A stretch of DNA of 64,000 nucleotides from Escherichia coli. GTDB taxonomy: Bacteria; Pseudomonadota; Gammaproteobacteria; Enterobacterales; Enterobacteriaceae. Within the stretch, counting starts at the first letter, position 1. Each line of letters starts with the position of its first letter. The position numbers were made by a program, and so were the translations under genes. The notes under the pieces were generated by a model. It was not told where the DNA came from. It worked only from the letters and a program-made list of their open reading frames with translations, and made no database searches. Positions 50,063 through 61,965 of this stretch are shown here, one piece after another. The DNA lies in NCBI RefSeq assembly GCF_003790525.1, contig NZ_CP033635.1, one strand, 5' to 3'.

Positions 50063-50464
50063 ATGGCGAAAGAATTTGGTCGCCCGCAGCGCGTAGCGCA
50101 GGAAATGCAAAAAGAGATCGCTCTCATCCTGCAGCGTGAAATTAAAGATCCTCGTCTGGGCATGATGACCACCGTTTCCGGTGTCGAAATGTCTCGTGAC
50201 CTGGCGTATGCCAAAGTATATGTGACGTTCCTCAACGACAAAGATGAAGACGCGGTTAAAGCGGGCATCAAAGCGTTGCAGGAAGCTTCTGGTTTCATCC
50301 GCAGCCTGCTGGGGAAAGCGATGCGCCTGCGTATCGTGCCGGAACTGACCTTCTTCTACGACAACTCGCTGGTTGAAGGGATGCGCATGTCAAACCTGGT
50401 GACCAGCGTGGTCAAACATGACGAAGAACGTCGTGTTAACCCGGACGACAGCAAGGAGGACTAA
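50063..50464 (+). CDS. rbfA: ribosome-binding factor A
   Basis: ORF contains [34 protein letters not shown]..., 133 aa. Confidence 0.95.
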
Positions 50465-51408
50465 TGAGTCGTCCTCGTCGTCGCGGTCGCGACATTAACG
50501 GCGTTTTGTTGCTGGATAAACCGCAGGGGATGTCCAGCAACGATGCGCTGCAAAAAGTGAAACGGATTTATAACGCCAACCGTGCCGGGCATACCGGTGC
50601 GCTGGACCCGCTGGCGACCGGCATGTTGCCGATTTGCCTCGGGGAAGCGACGAAGTTTTCCCAGTATCTGCTGGACTCCGACAAACGCTATCGGGTCATT
50701 GCGCGTCTTGGACAGCGTACCGATACGTCTGATGCCGACGGACAAATCGTTGAAGAACGTCCGGTAACCTTTAGTGCAGAGCAACTGGCGGCGGCACTGG
50801 ATACTTTCCGTGGCGATATCGAACAGATCCCTTCGATGTATTCAGCACTGAAATACCAGGGCAAAAAACTGTACGAATATGCGCGTCAGGGCATTGAAGT
50901 TCCGCGTGAAGCGCGCCCGATTACCGTTTATGAATTGCTGTTTATTCGCCACGAAGGCAATGAGCTGGAGCTGGAAATTCACTGCTCAAAAGGCACTTAT
51001 ATCCGCACCATCATTGATGACCTGGGTGAAAAACTCGGTTGTGGCGCGCATGTTATTTACCTGCGTCGTCTGGCGGTAAGTAAATATCCGGTTGAACGGA
51101 TGGTGACCCTGGAACATCTGCGTGAACTGGTTGAACAAGCCGAACAGCAGGATATTCCAGCCGCGGAGTTACTTGATCCATTACTGATGCCAATGGACAG
51201 TCCAGCTTCGGACTACCCGGTGGTGAATCTTCCGTTAACGTCTTCTGTTTACTTCAAAAATGGTAACCCGGTTCGTACATCCGGTGCGCCGCTGGAAGGA
51301 CTGGTTCGCGTTACAGAAGGTGAGAACGGCAAGTTTATCGGTATGGGCGAAATTGACGATGAAGGCCGCGTCGCGCCTCGTCGCCTGGTGGTTGAATACC
51401 CGGCGTAA
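50464..51408 (+). CDS. truB: tRNA pseudouridine-55 synthase
   Basis: 314-aa ORF with catalytic motif [12 protein letters not shown]. Confidence 0.96.
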
Positions 51409-51419
51409 TGTTAACCGTC

Positions 51420-51448
51420 TTGCGATAACAGGTCGCTACGAGTAGAAT
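51420..51448 (+). promoter_or_regulatory. rpsO promoter (TTGCGA, 17-nt spacer, TAGAAT)
   Basis: Hexamer match about 110 nt upstream of the rpsO start. Confidence 0.5.
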
Positions 51449-51460
51449 ACTGCCGCTTAA

Positions 51461-51826
<366 letters not shown>

Positions 51827-51842
51827 TTCTTGCGAGTTTCAG

Positions 51843-51870
51843 AAAAGGGGGCCTGAGTGGCCCCTTTTTT
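51843..51870 (+). terminator. rpsO intrinsic terminator
   Basis: aaaa-ggggcc-tgagt-ggcccc followed by TTTTTT. Confidence 0.8.
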
Positions 51871-51920
51871 CAAGCTGACGGCAGCAATTCACTGGAAACT
51901 AATGTATTGTTGCTATGAAT

Positions 51921-52017
51921 GATCTTCCGTTGCAGAGGTTCGCGCGGCTAATGAGAGGCTTTACCCACATTGGGCTGGGTTAGGGTTGTCATTAGTCGCG
52001 AGGATGCGCAGAAGATC
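51921..52017 (+). promoter_or_regulatory. long imperfect stem in the pnp 5' leader (RNase III autoregulatory processing hairpin)
   Basis: gatcttc (51921..51927) pairs with gaagatc (52011..52017) closing an about 95-nt structured leader; function assigned from knowledge of E. coli pnp. Confidence 0.45.
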
Positions 52018-52072
52018 GGGTATTAACACCAGTGCCGTAAGGTACTGTCTAAGAAAGAGAAAGGATATTACA

Positions 52073-54208
52073 TTGCTTAATCCGATCGTTCGTAAATTCC
52101 AGTACGGCCAACACACCGTGACTCTGGAAACCGGCATGATGGCTCGTCAGGCTACTGCCGCTGTTATGGTTAGCATGGATGACACCGCGGTATTCGTTAC
52201 CGTTGTTGGCCAGAAAAAAGCCAAACCAGGTCAGGACTTCTTCCCACTGACCGTTAACTATCAGGAGCGTACCTACGCTGCTGGTCGTATCCCGGGTAGC
52301 TTCTTCCGTCGTGAAGGCCGCCCAAGCGAAGGCGAAACCCTGATCGCGCGTCTGATTGACCGCCCGATTCGCCCGCTGTTCCCGGAAGGCTTCGTCAACG
52401 AAGTTCAGGTTATCGCCACCGTGGTTTCTGTTAACCCGCAAGTTAACCCGGATATCGTCGCGATGATTGGTGCTTCCGCAGCACTGTCTCTGTCTGGTAT
52501 TCCGTTCAATGGTCCGATTGGTGCTGCCCGCGTAGGTTACATCAATGACCAGTACGTACTGAACCCGACTCAGGACGAGCTGAAAGAGAGCAAACTGGAT
52601 CTGGTTGTTGCGGGTACTGAAGCCGCTGTACTGATGGTTGAATCTGAAGCTGAACTGCTGAGCGAAGACCAGATGTTGGGCGCAGTAGTGTTTGGTCATG
52701 AACAACAGCAGGTTGTCATTCAGAACATCAATGAACTGGTGAAAGAAGCCGGTAAACCGCGTTGGGACTGGCAGCCGGAGCCGGTAAACGAAGCGCTGAA
52801 CGCGCGCGTTGCTGCACTGGCTGAAGCTCGTCTGAGCGATGCTTACCGCATCACCGACAAACAAGAGCGTTATGCGCAGGTTGATGTCATCAAATCTGAA
52901 ACCATCGCGACGCTGCTTGCTGAAGATGAAACCCTGGACGAAAACGAACTGGGTGAAATTCTGCACGCTATCGAGAAAAACGTTGTTCGTAGCCGCGTAC
53001 TGGCAGGCGAACCGCGTATCGACGGTCGTGAAAAAGATATGATTCGTGGTCTGGATGTGCGTACTGGCGTGCTGCCGCGTACTCACGGTTCTGCGCTGTT
53101 CACCCGTGGTGAAACTCAGGCGCTGGTTACCGCAACGCTGGGTACTGCACGTGACGCGCAGGTTCTTGATGAACTGATGGGCGAACGTACTGACACCTTC
53201 CTGTTCCACTACAACTTCCCTCCGTACTCCGTAGGCGAAACCGGCATGGTCGGTTCTCCGAAGCGTCGTGAAATTGGTCACGGTCGTCTGGCGAAGCGCG
53301 GCGTGCTGGCAGTCATGCCGGATATGGACAAATTCCCGTACACCGTACGTGTGGTGTCTGAAATCACCGAATCCAACGGTTCTTCTTCTATGGCTTCCGT
53401 GTGCGGCGCGTCTCTGGCGCTGATGGACGCAGGTGTGCCAATCAAAGCTGCCGTTGCGGGTATCGCAATGGGTCTGGTGAAAGAAGGCGACAACTACGTT
53501 GTACTGTCTGACATTTTGGGCGACGAAGATCACCTGGGCGATATGGACTTCAAAGTTGCGGGTTCCCGCGACGGTATCTCTGCATTGCAGATGGATATCA
53601 AAATTGAAGGTATCACCAAAGAGATCATGCAGGTTGCACTGAACCAAGCTAAAGGTGCGCGTCTGCATATCCTGGGCGTAATGGAACAGGCGATCAACGC
53701 GCCGCGCGGCGATATCTCTGAGTTCGCTCCGCGTATCCATACCATCAAGATCAACCCGGACAAGATCAAAGACGTTATCGGTAAAGGCGGTTCTGTTATC
53801 CGTGCTCTGACCGAAGAAACTGGCACCACCATCGAAATCGAAGATGACGGTACTGTGAAAATCGCAGCGACCGACGGCGAGAAAGCGAAACATGCTATTC
53901 GTCGTATCGAAGAGATCACAGCAGAAATCGAAGTGGGCCGCGTCTACAATGGTAAAGTGACCCGTATCGTTGACTTTGGCGCATTTGTTGCCATCGGCGG
54001 CGGTAAAGAAGGTCTGGTACACATCTCTCAGATCGCTGACAAACGCGTTGAGAAAGTGACCGATTACCTGCAGATGGGTCAGGAAGTACCGGTGAAAGTT
54101 CTGGAAGTTGATCGCCAGGGCCGTATCCGTCTGAGCATTAAAGAAGCGACTGAGCAGTCTCAACCTGCTGCAGCACCGGAAGCTCCGGCTGCTGAACAGG
54201 GCGAGTAA
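52073..54208 (+). CDS. pnp: polynucleotide phosphorylase (711 aa, UUG start)
   Basis: ORF contains (M)[30 protein letters not shown]...; the start is TTG at 52073, in frame with track ORF 51986..54208. Confidence 0.95.
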   Translation: MLNPIVRKFQYGQHTVTLETGMMARQATAAVMVSMDDTAVFVTVVGQKKAKPGQDFFPLTVNYQERTYAAGRIPGSFFRREGRPSEGETLIARLIDRPIRPLFPEGFVNEVQVIATVVSVNPQVNPDIVAMIGASAALSLSGIPFNGPIGAARVGYINDQYVLNPTQDELKESKLDLVVAGTEAAVLMVESEAELLSEDQMLGAVVFGHEQQQVVIQNINELVKEAGKPRWDWQPEPVNEALNARVAALAEARLSDAYRITDKQERYAQVDVIKSETIATLLAEDETLDENELGEILHAIEKNVVRSRVLAGEPRIDGREKDMIRGLDVRTGVLPRTHGSALFTRGETQALVTATLGTARDAQVLDELMGERTDTFLFHYNFPPYSVGETGMVGSPKRREIGHGRLAKRGVLAVMPDMDKFPYTVRVVSEITESNGSSSMASVCGASLALMDAGVPIKAAVAGIAMGLVKEGDNYVVLSDILGDEDHLGDMDFKVAGSRDGISALQMDIKIEGITKEIMQVALNQAKGARLHILGVMEQAINAPRGDISEFAPRIHTIKINPDKIKDVIGKGGSVIRALTEETGTTIEIEDDGTVKIAATDGEKAKHAIRRIEEITAEIEVGRVYNGKVTRIVDFGAFVAIGGGKEGLVHISQIADKRVEKVTDYLQMGQEVPVKVLEVDRQGRIRLSIKEATEQSQPAAAPEAPAAEQGE

Positions 54209-54219
54209 GGTTGCCATTT

Positions 54220-54245
54220 GCCCTCCGCTGCGGCGGGGGGCTTTT
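54220..54245 (+). terminator. pnp terminator hairpin
   Basis: gccctccgc...gcggggggc stem followed by TTTT. Confidence 0.55.
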
Positions 54246-54316
54246 AACCGGGCAGGACGCCTTGTTAGCAACCGGGAACAGGACGTTCATTCAACCGTGG
54301 TCTTCGGGAGTGGGAA

Positions 54317-55201
54317 ATGAAGCCTTTTTTGCGCTGGTGTTTCGTTGCGACAGCACTTACGCTTGCAGGATGCAGTAATACTTCCTGGCGTAAAAGTGAA
54401 GTCCTCGCGGTACCATTGCAACCGACTTTACAGCAGGAAGTGATTCTGGCACGTATGGAACAAATCCTTGCCAGTCGGGCTTTAACCGATGACGAACGCG
54501 CACAGCTTTTATATGAGCGCGGAGTGTTGTATGATAGTCTCGGTCTGAGGGCATTAGCGCGTAACGATTTTTCGCAAGCGCTGGCAATCCGACCGGATAT
54601 GCCTGAAGTATTCAATTACTTAGGCATATATTTAACGCAGGCAGGCAATTTTGATGCTGCCTATGAAGCGTTTGATTCTGTACTTGAGCTTGATCCAACT
54701 TACAACTACGCGCACTTGAATCGCGGGATCGCATTATATTACGGCGGTCGTGACAAGTTAGCGCAAGATGATCTGCTGGCGTTTTATCAAGACGATCCTA
54801 ATGATCCTTTCCGTAGTCTGTGGCTTTATCTCGCCGAGCAGAAGCTCGATGAGAAGCAGGCTAAAGAAGTGTTGAAACAGCACTTCGAAAAATCGGATAA
54901 GGAACAGTGGGGATGGAACATTGTCGAGTTCTACCTGGGCAACATTAGCGAACAAACGTTAATGGAAAGGCTCAAGGCGGACGCAACGGATAACACCTCG
55001 CTCGCTGAGCATCTCAGTGAAACCAACTTCTATTTAGGTAAGTACTACCTAAGTCTGGGGGATTTGGACAGCGCCACGGCACTGTTCAAACTGGCGGTTG
55101 CCAACAACGTTCATAACTTTGTTGAGCACCGATACGCATTGTTGGAATTATCGCTCCTGGGCCAGGACCAAGATGACCTGGCAGAATCGGACCAGCAATA
55201 G
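54317..55201 (+). CDS. nlpI: TPR-repeat lipoprotein NlpI
   Basis: 294-aa ORF with lipobox LTLAGC. Confidence 0.95.
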
Positions 55202-55380
55202 CTGACGTACACATCAGCCCGTAATCTTTTTTGATTGCCATCACCTTAACGGGTGAGGGCGTTGTTGTTCGTTAATACACCTACTTTGAGCCGGTTCACA
55301 CTTTTCAATGAAAATTGCTGATCAATTTCATGATGAGTTATGTAGACTGGCCGCCATTAATTTTGAGGCACACGTACTAC

Positions 55381-57270
55381 ATGGCTGAATTCGAAACCAC
55401 TTTTGCAGATCTGGGCCTGAAGGCTCCTATCCTTGAAGCCCTTAACGATCTGGGTTACGAAAAACCATCTCCAATTCAGGCAGAGTGTATTCCACATCTG
55501 CTGAATGGCCGCGACGTTCTGGGTATGGCCCAGACGGGGAGCGGAAAAACTGCAGCATTCTCTTTACCTCTGCTGCAGAATCTTGATCCTGAGCTGAAAG
55601 CACCACAGATTCTGGTGCTGGCACCGACCCGCGAACTGGCGGTACAGGTTGCTGAGGCAATGACGGATTTCTCTAAACACATGCGCGGCGTAAACGTGGT
55701 TGCCCTGTACGGCGGCCAGCGTTATGACGTGCAATTACGTGCCCTGCGTCAGGGGCCGCAGATCGTTGTCGGTACTCCGGGCCGTCTGCTGGATCACCTG
55801 AAACGTGGCACTCTGGACCTTTCTAAACTGAGCGGTCTGGTTCTGGATGAAGCTGACGAAATGCTGCGCATGGGCTTCATCGAAGACGTTGAAACTATTA
55901 TGGCGCAGATCCCGGAAGGTCATCAGACCGCTCTGTTCTCTGCAACCATGCCGGAAGCGATTCGTCGCATTACCCGCCGCTTTATGAAAGAGCCGCAGGA
56001 AGTGCGCATTCAGTCCAGCGTGACTACCCGTCCTGACATCAGCCAGAGCTACTGGACTGTCTGGGGTATGCGTAAAAACGAAGCACTGGTACGTTTCCTG
56101 GAAGCGGAAGATTTTGATGCGGCGATTATCTTCGTTCGTACCAAAAACGCGACTCTGGAAGTGGCAGAAGCCCTTGAGCGTAACGGCTACAACAGCGCCG
56201 CGCTGAACGGTGACATGAACCAGGCGCTGCGTGAGCAGACACTGGAACGACTGAAAGATGGTCGTCTGGACATCCTGATTGCGACCGACGTTGCGGCCCG
56301 TGGCCTGGACGTTGAGCGTATCAGCCTGGTAGTTAACTACGATATCCCGATGGATTCTGAGTCTTACGTTCACCGTATCGGTCGTACTGGTCGTGCGGGC
56401 CGTGCTGGCCGTGCGCTGCTGTTCGTTGAGAACCGTGAGCGTCGTCTGCTGCGTAACATTGAACGCACCATGAAGCTGACCATTCCGGAAGTTGAACTGC
56501 CGAACGCAGAACTGCTGGGCAAACGTCGTCTGGAAAAATTCGCCGCTAAAGTACAGCAGCAGCTGGAAAGCAGCGATCTGGATCAATACCGTGCACTGCT
56601 GAGCAAAATTCAGCCGACGGCAGAAGGTGAAGAGCTGGATCTCGAAACTCTGGCCGCCGCACTGCTGAAAATGGCACAGGGTGAACGTACTCTGATTGTT
56701 CCGCCAGATGCGCCGATGCGTCCGAAACGTGAATTCCGTGACCGTGATGACCGTGGTCCGCGCGATCGTAACGACCGTGGCCCGCGTGGTGACCGTGAAG
56801 ATCGTCCGCGTCGTGAACGTCGTGATGTTGGCGATATGCAGCTGTACCGCATTGAAGTGGGCCGCGATGATGGTGTTGAAGTTCGTCATATCGTTGGTGC
56901 GATTGCTAACGAAGGCGACATCAGCAGCCGTTACATCGGTAACATCAAGCTGTTTGCTTCTCACTCCACCATCGAACTGCCGAAAGGTATGCCGGGTGAA
57001 GTGCTGCAACACTTTACGCGTACTCGCATTCTCAACAAGCCGATGAATATGCAGTTACTGGGCGATGCACAGCCGCATACTGGCGGTGAGCGTCGTGGCG
57101 GTGGTCGTGGTTTCGGTGGCGAACGTCGTGAAGGCGGTCGTAACTTCAGCGGTGAACGCCGTGAAGGTGGCCGTGGTGATGGTCGTCGTTTTAGCGGCGA
57201 ACGTCGTGAAGGCCGCGCACCGCGTCGTGATGACTCTACCGGTCGTCGTCGTTTCGGTGGCGATGCGTAA
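55381..57270 (+). CDS. deaD: DEAD-box ATP-dependent RNA helicase DeaD/CsdA
   Basis: ORF contains [21 protein letters not shown]...; motifs [26 protein letters not shown]; Arg/Gly-rich C-terminal tail. Confidence 0.96.
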
Positions 57271-57312
57271 TCATCGCTGAACAGCGAATACAGTCTGTAA
57301 AATAATATATAC

Positions 57313-57343
57313 AGCCCCGATTTTAATAATCGGGGCTTTTTTT
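57313..57343 (+). terminator. intrinsic terminator after deaD
   Basis: agccccgatt-ttaat-aatcggggct followed by TTTTTTT. Confidence 0.8.
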
Positions 57344-57423
57344 CTGTCTTTTGTACTCATGTACTGGTACAGTGCAATGCATAACAACGCAGTCGCACTA
57401 TTTTTCACTGGAGAGAAGCCCTC

Positions 57424-58668
57424 ATGGCAACACTAACCACCACCCAAACGTCACCGTCGCTGCTTGGCGGCGTGGTGATTATCGGCGGCACCATTATTGG
57501 CGCAGGGATGTTTTCTCTGCCAGTGGTCATGTCCGGGGCGTGGTTCTTCTGGTCAATGGCGGCGCTGATCTTTACCTGGTTCTGTATGCTGCATTCCGGC
57601 TTGATGATTCTGGAAGCTAACCTGAATTATCGAATCGGTTCGAGCTTTGACACCATCACCAAAGACCTGCTCGGCAAAGGCTGGAACGTAGTCAACGGCA
57701 TTTCCATTGCCTTTGTGCTCTATATCCTGACTTACGCCTATATTTCTGCCAGCGGTTCGATTCTGCATCACACCTTCGCGGAGATGTCGCTGAACGTCCC
57801 TGCACGGGCAGCTGGATTTGGTTTTGCACTACTGGTGGCGTTTGTGGTGTGGTTGAGCACCAAAGCGGTCAGCCGGATGACGGCGATTGTGCTGGGGGCG
57901 AAAGTCATTACGTTTTTCCTCACCTTCGGTAGCCTGCTGGGACATGTGCAGCCAACGACCTTGTTCAACGTTGCCGAAAGCAATGCGTCTTATGCGCCGT
58001 ATCTGCTGATGACACTGCCATTCTGTCTGGCATCTTTTGGTTATCACGGTAACGTGCCGAGCCTGATGAAGTATTACGGCAAAGATCCGAAAACCATCGT
58101 GAAATGCCTGGTGTACGGTACGCTGATGGCGCTGGCGCTGTATACCATCTGGTTGCTGGCGACGATGGGCAACATCCCTCGTCCGGAGTTTATCGGCATC
58201 GCCGAGAAGGGCGGTAATATTGATGTGCTGGTACAGGCGTTAAGCGGCGTGCTGAACAGCCGTAGCCTGGATCTGCTGCTGGTTGTGTTCTCAAACTTTG
58301 CGGTAGCGAGTTCGTTCCTCGGCGTTACGCTGGGTTTGTTTGACTATCTGGCAGATCTGTTTGGTTTCGATGACTCGGCTATGGGCCGCTTGAAAACAGC
58401 GTTGCTGACCTTTGCCCCGCCTGTTGTGGGTGGCCTGCTGTTTCCTAACGGATTCCTGTACGCCATTGGTTATGCTGGCTTAGCGGCTACCATCTGGGCG
58501 GCAATTGTTCCGGCGCTGTTGGCCCGCGCATCGCGTAAACGCTTTGGTAGCCCGAAATTCCGCGTCTGGGGCGGCAAGCCGATGATTATGCTGATTCTGG
58601 TATTTGGCGTTGGCAACGCACTGGTCCATATCTTATCGAGCTTTAATTTGCTGCCGGTGTATCAGTAA
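57424..58668 (+). CDS. mtr: tryptophan-specific permease Mtr
   Basis: 414-aa polytopic [37 protein letters not shown]... Confidence 0.95.
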   Translation: MATLTTTQTSPSLLGGVVIIGGTIIGAGMFSLPVVMSGAWFFWSMAALIFTWFCMLHSGLMILEANLNYRIGSSFDTITKDLLGKGWNVVNGISIAFVLYILTYAYISASGSILHHTFAEMSLNVPARAAGFGFALLVAFVVWLSTKAVSRMTAIVLGAKVITFFLTFGSLLGHVQPTTLFNVAESNASYAPYLLMTLPFCLASFGYHGNVPSLMKYYGKDPKTIVKCLVYGTLMALALYTIWLLATMGNIPRPEFIGIAEKGGNIDVLVQALSGVLNSRSLDLLLVVFSNFAVASSFLGVTLGLFDYLADLFGFDDSAMGRLKTALLTFAPPVVGGLLFPNGFLYAIGYAGLAATIWAAIVPALLARASRKRFGSPKFRVWGGKPMIMLILVFGVGNALVHILSSFNLLPVYQ

Positions 58669-58676
58669 TCAGCGGT

Positions 58677-58768
58677 GCCTTATCCGACATTTCTGCTGCC
58701 TACACAATGCCTGATGCGCTTCGCTTATCAGGAATTGTGTAGGACAGCGTTGCCATCTCGGATAAGGC
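58677..58768. repeat. REP-type nested palindromic element downstream of mtr
   Basis: gccttatccga...tcggataaggc outer arms enclosing cctacacaat-gcctgatgcgcttcgcttatcagg-aattgtgtagg. Confidence 0.7.
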
Positions 58769-58786
58769 TTCCTACGTTAAAACACA

Positions 58787-59794
58787 CTACCCCAATAATT
58801 CTTCCTTCACATCCATCACCAGCTCAAACGAATGCAGGCGCGCCTGGTGGTCGAAAATCTGCCCGTTAACCATAATTTCATCGGCGTCGGTTTCGCGCAG
58901 GATCGACTGCAAGCCATGACGCACTTTCGCTTTATCGCCCACCAGCGACATACTCAGCGCCTGCTGCACACCATACTGTTCGGACGGCGACCAGAACTGA
59001 TCCATATTTTGAATCGGTGGCGGCAGTTGCCCGGTTTCGCCGCGGCGCAGCTTCACAAAGGCTTGCTGCATTGAGGTAAACAGGAATTCGGCATCGCGGT
59101 TGCTGTCGGCGGCGATAATATTGATGCACACCATCGCATACGGTTTCTCCAACCGTGCCGACGGTTTGAAGTTGCTGCGATAAAGATGCAGCGCCTGGAA
59201 CAACATATCCGGCGCGAAGTGTGAGGCAAACGCAAACGGCAGACCAAGCTGCGCCGCCAGTTGCGCGCTGTAAAGGCTGGAGCCTAACAACCACACGGGG
59301 ATTTTCTCGCCATAGCCTGGTACCGGGCGCACATGCGGATTGGGATCGCGGGCGTCAAACCAGTCCACCAGTTCCGCGACATCGCGGGGGAAATTATCAA
59401 TATCGCCGCTCATATGACGACGCAGCGCCATCATGGTTCGCTGATCGCTACCCGGCGCGCGGCCCAGCCCCAAATCGATTCGCCCCGGATAGAGCGTATT
59501 GAGCGTGCCGAATTGTTCGGCGATCACCAACGGTGAGTGGTTAGGCAACATCACGCCGCCAGACCCCAGATGCAGCGTGGTGGTATTCGCCGCCAGATAG
59601 CCAATTAACACCGACGTTGCAGCACTGGCAATACCGGTCATATTGTGGTGTTCTGCCAGCCAGTAGCGATGATAGCCGTGCTTTTCAGCCAGACGGGCGA
59701 GATCGAGAGAGTGGGAGAACGCTTCTCGCGCTGAAGAGCCTTCGGGGATGGGGGCCAGATCGAGTAGCGAAAACGCAATGGTTTTATCAGTCAT
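58787..59794 (-). CDS. yhbW: luciferase-like (FMN-dependent) monooxygenase family protein YhbW
   Basis: 335-aa [54 protein letters not shown]... Confidence 0.9.
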   Translation of the reverse strand: MTDKTIAFSLLDLAPIPEGSSAREAFSHSLDLARLAEKHGYHRYWLAEHHNMTGIASAATSVLIGYLAANTTTLHLGSGGVMLPNHSPLVIAEQFGTLNTLYPGRIDLGLGRAPGSDQRTMMALRRHMSGDIDNFPRDVAELVDWFDARDPNPHVRPVPGYGEKIPVWLLGSSLYSAQLAAQLGLPFAFASHFAPDMLFQALHLYRSNFKPSARLEKPYAMVCINIIAADSNRDAEFLFTSMQQAFVKLRRGETGQLPPPIQNMDQFWSPSEQYGVQQALSMSLVGDKAKVRHGLQSILRETDADEIMVNGQIFDHQARLHSFELVMDVKEELLG

Positions 59795-59797
59795 AAC

Positions 59798-59868
59798 AGC
59801 TCACTTTGTTACCGATTAATCTTTAATACTGCATTAAAGAGTAGTTAAAGTTGTTAACAAAGTGAGCT
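59798..59868. repeat. nested inverted repeats between the ubiV stop and yhbW start (14-bp outer arms, 8-bp inner arms)
   Basis: agctcactttgtta (59798..59811) vs taacaaagtgagct (59855..59868); inner tctttaat (59820..59827) vs attaaaga (59833..59840). Confidence 0.6.
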
Positions 59869-59874
59869 ATATAC

Positions 59875-60753
59875 TTACGCTTGCAGCTCCAGCCCGGCCA
59901 GCCGCCGCCAGTAGCCGTTACAATCGCTGTTTGCCGTCAACGGCAGTGGTGCAGCGCCATTTTCATTGGCGCGGAAGGCGTCGAGCATTGCGAAAGTGTC
60001 AGTACCCTGCGGTGACAGGCGGACCACATCGACCAGCCCCTGCATGGATGTCAGCTCGTTACCGAGGTTGTAAACGTAGCCGCTCATGGTCTGAATGCCA
60101 TTGAGTACAAACACTTGTTGGTTTTCCTGCGATAGCACGTTGCGCCCGTTCGGATACTTAATGCAGCAGGTTTCACACTCATCTTTCGGGCGGTCTTCCG
60201 AACGCGCGGTAAAGCAGCGGGCGGAGTAGGCCAGCGGCAGATGACCGTAGCTCAGGACTTCCACTTCAAACTGGTTGCGAATGCCCAGCTCATCGCACTG
60301 ATTAAGCAGATTCACCAACCAGTCGCGGGAAAGCTCCACCGGCATACACCAGCGCATCATGCCCTGTTTGAGCAATATTTTCAGCGTCACCGCGTTGTAG
60401 CAGTTCAGCGCGTGCCCGGCGACGAACGGCAGTTTGCGTTCAGCGCACATATTCACCACGCCGAGATCGCTGGCTTCAATCAGAAACTCACCGTTCTCAA
60501 CATAGCGTTTCAGTTCGCCCAGTTCGGAGGATGCCTGCACCAGTGCCAGCGTGGAGAGCACAATCTGCTTGCCACTTCCGGCGAGCGATTTTGCCATCTC
60601 CAGCCAGTCGCCAACTTTGGTTGCCCGGCGTTTGCTACAGACCGCTTCACCAAGATAAATCACGTCGGCGCTGCTGGCGGCGGCCTGCTGATAAAATTCT
60701 TCCAGCGTCTCTTTTGGCCAGTACCACAGCACTGGCCCTAAGGAATATTTCAT
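59875..60753 (-). CDS. ubiV: U32-peptidase-family protein for O2-independent ubiquinone biosynthesis
   Basis: ORF contains MKYSLGPVLWYWPKETLEEFYQQAAASSADVIYLGEAVCSKRR..., 292 aa (formerly yhbV). Confidence 0.88.
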   Translation of the reverse strand: MKYSLGPVLWYWPKETLEEFYQQAAASSADVIYLGEAVCSKRRATKVGDWLEMAKSLAGSGKQIVLSTLALVQASSELGELKRYVENGEFLIEASDLGVVNMCAERKLPFVAGHALNCYNAVTLKILLKQGMMRWCMPVELSRDWLVNLLNQCDELGIRNQFEVEVLSYGHLPLAYSARCFTARSEDRPKDECETCCIKYPNGRNVLSQENQQVFVLNGIQTMSGYVYNLGNELTSMQGLVDVVRLSPQGTDTFAMLDAFRANENGAAPLPLTANSDCNGYWRRLAGLELQA

Positions 60754-60761
60754 TGCTTTTC

Positions 60762-61757
60762 TCACTGCCATTTACGGTGATACGCGCCAAGGGTGGTCTG
60801 CGTGCCTTCGGACATCGACCCGAGCGTCTCCATCCACGCGCTTTGCGGTATGAAGTTTTGCGGATCGGCCTTACAACGGTCGATAGCCTGACGCCAGACT
60901 TTCGCCACCTGGCTGACATACGCCGGGCTACGCTGGCGGCCTTCAATTTTCACCGAAGCAATATTCGCTGCCATTAACTCCGGCAGCAGTTCCAGGGTAT
61001 TGAGACTGGTGGGTTCTTCCAGCGCGTGATAGCGCTCGCCGTCCACCAGATAACGCCCTTTACACAGCGTCGGATAACCTGCGTTTTCGCCGTCCTGATA
61101 ACGGTCGATCAGCACTTCGTTCAGGCGGGATTCCAGCCCCTGCGGCGTTTGTTGCCAGCGCACGAAACGGGCCGGAGAACACGCACCCACAGTGTTGGGC
61201 GACTCACCCGTCAGATACGACGACAGATAGCAACGACCTTCCGACATAATGCACAGGCTGCCGAAAGCAAAGACTTCCAGTGGTACAGGTGTGACCCGTG
61301 CCAGTTGTTTCACCTGATGAATCGACAACACGCGCGGCAGCACCACGCGGGCAACGTCAAAATGGCGATGATAAAAGTTAATCGCCTCTTCATTGGTCGC
61401 CGAAGCCTGCACTGACACATGACGCTCAATATGCGGGTAACGCTCGGCGGCGTACTCCAGCATGGCGAGGTCGGCGAGGATCAGCGCGTCGGCACCCAGC
61501 TGCGCCGCCATATCCACGGCGCGCTGCCAGCGGGCGTAACCGTCCGGATGCGCAAAAGTGTTAATCGCGATGTGAAGTTTGCGGCGATGTTGATGGACAA
61601 AACTCACCGCTTCCTGCAATTTTTTCTCGGTAAAGTTAAGGCCGGCGAAGTGACGGGCATTGGTATCATCTTTTAGCCCGATATAAACAGCATCTGCGCC
61701 GTTTTCGATGGCCGCCTTAAGCGCCGGGAGATTTCCGGCAGGGCAGAGCAGCTCCAT
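60762..61757 (-). CDS. ubiU: U32-peptidase-family protein for O2-independent ubiquinone biosynthesis
   Basis: ORF contains MELLCPAGNLPALKAAIENGADAVYIGLKDDTNARHF..., 331 aa (formerly yhbU). Confidence 0.88.
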   Translation of the reverse strand: MELLCPAGNLPALKAAIENGADAVYIGLKDDTNARHFAGLNFTEKKLQEAVSFVHQHRRKLHIAINTFAHPDGYARWQRAVDMAAQLGADALILADLAMLEYAAERYPHIERHVSVQASATNEEAINFYHRHFDVARVVLPRVLSIHQVKQLARVTPVPLEVFAFGSLCIMSEGRCYLSSYLTGESPNTVGACSPARFVRWQQTPQGLESRLNEVLIDRYQDGENAGYPTLCKGRYLVDGERYHALEEPTSLNTLELLPELMAANIASVKIEGRQRSPAYVSQVAKVWRQAIDRCKADPQNFIPQSAWMETLGSMSEGTQTTLGAYHRKWQ

Positions 61758-61965
61758 AATTTTTCCTGAAGGTTGCGCTATCAAAGCGCAAAAATGTTAA
61801 CGAACTGGGATTTTAGTTAACCTTGCTGCGACAATTTTTGATTTAAGGCAGTTAAAGTTGTATTGGTGGTAGCAGCAATTTCATATGGAATTGTTGATTT
61901 ATACCGCTATGTTATTTTTCTGATATGGCAAAATAGGATGATTGTTGAAACAGGGAGTAAAACTC

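Noticed and set aside
52049-54271. 740-aa reverse-strand ORF exactly antisense to pnp, and similar long antisense ORFs in ftsH (36534..38021), nusA/infB (45901..47370; 48583..49602), deaD (55735..57012) and gltB
   Set aside because: Stop-free antisense frames are expected opposite highly expressed, codon-biased genes. Translations are low-complexity with no recognisable domains. The sense-strand proteins are unambiguous.
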